Assembly (NCBI GenBank): GCA_004431415.1
Contig: QPMI01000449.1
Coordinates: 128,245-192,244, forward strand
Length of the DNA stretch: 64,000 bases
DNA from: Cyanophora paradoxa CCMP329
Lineage: Eukaryota > Plantae > Glaucophyta
Direction: 5' to 3'
Under the pieces are notes generated by a model, which searched no databases, was not told where the DNA came from, and was given only the letters and a program-made list of their open reading frames with translations. This document shows positions 60,857 through 64,000 of this stretch, piece by piece (positions within the stretch are counted from its first letter, which is position 1; each line of letters opens with the position of its first letter). Both the position numbers and the translations under genes were made by a program.

Positions 60857-61648
60857 TCAGAGGCCGTTGAACTTGCCGCCCACCGCCCTGGGCTCCGCCG
60901 CCGTCGAGGCCGCCGCCTCCGTCACCTCCTTCATCATCTCCGGGTTCGCGTTGGCCGCGTGCACCGCCAGCACCGTCTGCACCAGGCCATCCCCAGGCGC
61001 GCCTCGGGCCCCAGGGTCACGTAGCGCGAGTACTTAATCACCAGCTCCTCTAAGATCGGCTGCACCTGGTCCATGGAAGAGAGCGTCGCCTGCCCGAGCC
61101 CGTCTAACTTCAGGCCGATCGATCGTACGCTTTGTTAAGGTGCTCCAGCGAGTGCATGCCCGCGATCAGAAAGAGGCGCGCCGCCTCCAGCGAACCCGCG
61201 TGCTCAGCTCGCGCTGAATTTCCTCGTACTCTTCCTTCAGCTCGTCCAGCGGCGTGCCAGGCTCAGCTTCTTCGTGGACGTCAGCTCGCCCCCGAACGAG
61301 CGCCTGTACTGCGCGATCTGCCGCAGAACCTGCTTCTTCTCGTCCACGTCCACTGCGCCTCGTCGCGCGCCTCTCCTGCAGGTCGATCCCAGCGCCTTTT
61401 TCACGCTCTGCTCCTTCTTCTTCGTCATTTCGATGTGCTCCTGCACGCTGAAGCTCGCGCCTTGCTCGGCGCCGTCGGCGGCACCGTGGGCCCGTCGCCC
61501 GGTAGCGACGTCTTGTCGGCCTTCGCGCCTTCTCGCCCTTTTCCTTGCCTCCTTCGCGGGCGGCCCTTCTTCCGAGGCTGCGGGATCCCACCGGGTTCGG
61601 CCCGTCCACGGCCAGCGCGTCGAAGCCCAGCATCGCCGAGGGGTCCAT
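60857..61648 (-). CDS. NCLDV-conserved-type hypothetical protein (frameshifted)
   Basis: EKKQVLRQIAQYRRSF...LDELKEEYEEI...LKLDGLGQ...LEELVIKY...GPEARL...VLAVHAAN; motif pattern recalled from an uncharacterised NCLDV family. Confidence 0.55.
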
Positions 61649-61681
61649 GGTTACGCTTGCCCTTAGAAATTTCCTCGGATT

Positions 61682-62007
61682 TTACTCCGACGTCAGCTCG
61701 ACGAAGAGCTCGATGTAAAGCCACAGTTTCTCGCGCAGCTCGGGCCCGCTCCCGTAGAAGAGCGAGCGCACGGCCGAGGCGTACTCCTGCGGCAGCTTCT
61801 CGAAAACTCCGTCGTCCGCGCCTTAATTAATTCGGCCTCCGCGTTGATGTGCCTCCTAAAGAGAACGATGACCGCCGTGGCGCCTATGCCGCGCAGCGAC
61901 TGGATCTGCGCCCGCACCCCGGCTCCTTGGCCTCCGGCTCCAGCAGGTCGAGGAAGCGGCCCAGCGCGCCTCGATCTGCTCGCCCAGCGTCGCCTCCGTC
62001 GCTGCAT
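61682..62007 (-). CDS. NCLDV-type small helical hypothetical protein (frameshifted)
   Basis: VIVLFRRHINAEAELIKAR-DGVFEKLP...ELREKLWLYIELFVELTSE*. Confidence 0.5.
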
Positions 62008-62011
62008 GTCG

Positions 62012-63136
62012 CTAAGGGGCTTTAGAAATTAGCGGGCCAGGGATGCCGCCGCCTTTTGGTACATTTCCGCCATGCGTGCGTTGGTTTCCCGTCGGATGTT
62101 CTTCTGTCTGTCCTGAGTCTCCACGACCATGGCTTGGAAGCCTTTGGATGTCGAACTGATCGTCGGTTTCCATCCCTGCGACAGTACCCTCCTGTCGCAC
62201 CTGGTTGAGAGCTTCGCGCTGATCCGAGGTTGTAAAGTCTTTCCCTACGCGATTGTTGGGGTTCACCACCCTCGCAGCAGATTCTGGTCCGCATACGGCC
62301 ATGCCGTCGGCAGCGCAGGGCCCGCGTGCCTTGCTGGTCCATGAGCATTGCTCCGAAGGGATTGCCCTTGCTGAAGTCGACGTCGTTCCGTCCGTACGGC
62401 CTGTTGTGCTCGCTGCTGATGTTCGCCGTCTGCGCGTTGAACATGGGCGAGAGGTCGGGCGTGTAGCCGGCGCGGAAGCCGCCCTTGCCGGCAGCATCGA
62501 CGGGCCGTAGCGCCCGGCGGGCCCCAGCAGGTTCTCCTTCTCGATTTCTTCCATCGTCTTGATCCAGCCGCGCTCGCGTGCCCACTTCATGACGAGATCG
62601 TCGTAGTTCATCGGGAAAAACCTTCTGGTACTTATCGAAACGCTGAATTTCGATATCCTGCTCGATCATGTTCGTAATTCGCTCGAGCAGCTCGGGGTAA
62701 TATTCCTCGAGCATTTTAGCCACGCCGGGCTGCTTCAGGTCGAAGGCCGTCATGGCCCACTGGTCGAAATCGCGAATCATGATTTCCTTCCGCAGCGCGA
62801 ACGCATTCTCGACGTCCTCTTCGTTGATCTGGCGGTTGGGATAGCATTCTGCAGCTGCTGCCGAATGCCCATCCGCATCAGCTTCTCCATCTGCGGGGTG
62901 TACTTCATCGCGGCAGGGTCTTCGTGGGAAGGGCCGTCAACCCGAGGCCCCGCGCCTGATCCTCCGGCGTGTAGATGTCCGCCTTGCCCGGATCTGTGAC
63001 GTGCACCTCGGGTAGGATCGTGCCGGCGCATACTTCTCAATGATGCCCGTCACCTCGCCCTTCAGGTCGTTCTTCAGCGACTGGCGCTGCTTCTTAGAGC
63101 CCTCCCGATGTCCATCATGGAATGGCCCTTCGTCAT
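62012..63136 (-). CDS. Probable virion protein next to the capsid gene (frameshifted)
   Basis: IRDFDQWAMTAFDLKQPGVAKMLEEYYPELLER...DDLVMKW resembles, from memory, a protein encoded beside the MCP in Yaravirus-like genomes. Confidence 0.5.
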
Positions 63137-63224
63137 CGTGCTCGGTTAGGATCCCAGTGGGAAAATTTATTGGTTCACATCGGCGACCGAGGCTCGCCCC
63201 TCTCACACTCTGCTAGCTGGCAAT

Positions 63225-64000
63225 CTAATGGAAGCGGCGGTAGGCGCCGCCGTTGATGAAGCTGATCTCGTTGTAGTAGCGGCAGTAGATATCGGCGATC
63301 GCGTCGTCAGCGTCCCGCCGTGGTGAGCGTGAGCTCGATCGTCTGAAGGCGCCGAAGTCGAGGCCCGCCGAACATCTTCGTGTCGTCTGCCACCTCGGTC
63401 CGAAGGAATAGCGTAGATGAATTCGGTGCCGTACTGAGCGGAGGCGGCGGTTGCCGCGCCGTTCTGCACGCTGGCATGATGTCGCTGTTGTTGTAATCCT
63501 GGTGTCAGGTGGTGATGGCGGTGTCGTTGCCCGACCACGGGTGCGGGTGAAGGGCATTGCGCAGCGCATTAATGATGGAAACCTCGTTGGTACCGTACGT
63601 CGTATCGGCCGCTCCGCAGGGCCTTGCGCGTTGGCGTCGGTGTTGTCGGCGAAGCCCTGCAGCAGCTCGAGGTACTTGCGCGTGGGCACGTTGCGGTGCT
63701 CGCGTTCGCGATGGCGGTGCGCAGGAAATGCGCGTCGTGAATAGAGCTGTCGAGCGCCTTGATGTTATCGCACTTGAGGTCGATTTTGCTCAAGGGCGGA
63801 ACTTCCAGAAGTTGTACCCTGGTCCGTCGCGGCGCCGTCGCGTACGACAATTACATCTCGTAGCAGACGCCAGTGAACGGCAGGCGGAAGCTCGTGCCGC
63901 TCGTGAACTTTACGTTGTACGACTGCATGTACTTGCCAGCCCACGTGACGCTGTTGGGTGGAGGCTGAGCTCGTACGGGCTCACGTGGGTGTAGCGCAGC
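63225..64000 (-). CDS. Double-jelly-roll major capsid protein, C-terminal part (5' end outside window; many frameshifts)
   Basis: Reconstructed SFRLPFTGVCYEM.IVVRD, FIYAIP...DDTKMFG-GLDFGAF.TIELTLT and ADIYCRYYNEISFINGGAYRRFH* parallel NCLDV MCP motifs (L.F.HP.KEL..VVR; IY.YSF....G..NF; VYA.NYN.L.I..G). Confidence 0.78.

Larger units (their letters stand above)
46900..64000. mobile_element. Endogenous small Nucleocytoviricota-related virus (mriyavirus/Yaravirus-like); left edge approximate, continues past window
   Basis: Switch to tightly packed, mostly intronless ORFs including YqaJ exonuclease, UL9-like helicase, SSB, DJR major capsid protein C-terminus and NCLDV-type hypotheticals. Element-specific repeats and a shared upstream motif. 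Confidence 0.88.

Overview
GC-rich, intron-dense eukaryotic nuclear DNA: short GTGCGC/GCGCGC...CAG introns and AGCT/CTAG-rich intron expansions. The style resembles a glaucophyte such as Cyanophora, which is an unverified inference. Bases 1 to ~46.3 kb hold host genes: a 5'-truncated STAND-ATPase/TPR protein of the soluble adenylyl cyclase type, ZMAT5 (U11/U12-20K), four F-box-like genes (two are a recent ~2.45 kb duplication, each preceded by a 3'-truncated tRNA-Lys), a VanZ-like membrane protein, an AT4G16180-like membrane protein, a polycystin/TRPP channel apparently fused to tandem RyR repeats, and a GH85 ENGase. From ~46.9 kb to the window end the DNA becomes compact and mostly intronless and looks like an endogenous small Nucleocytoviricota-related virus (mriyavirus/Yaravirus-like). 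It encodes a YqaJ exonuclease, a UL9-like origin-binding SF2 helicase flanked by five 50-bp AT-core palindromes, an SSB, small membrane proteins, NCLDV-type hypotheticals and the C-terminal part of a double-jelly-roll major capsid protein. It also has a nested inverted-repeat control region and a shared TTTCTAA-like upstream motif. Many viral ORFs have short frameshifts, which may be decay or long-read consensus errors. Gene models were assembled by eye, so exon boundaries are approximate.
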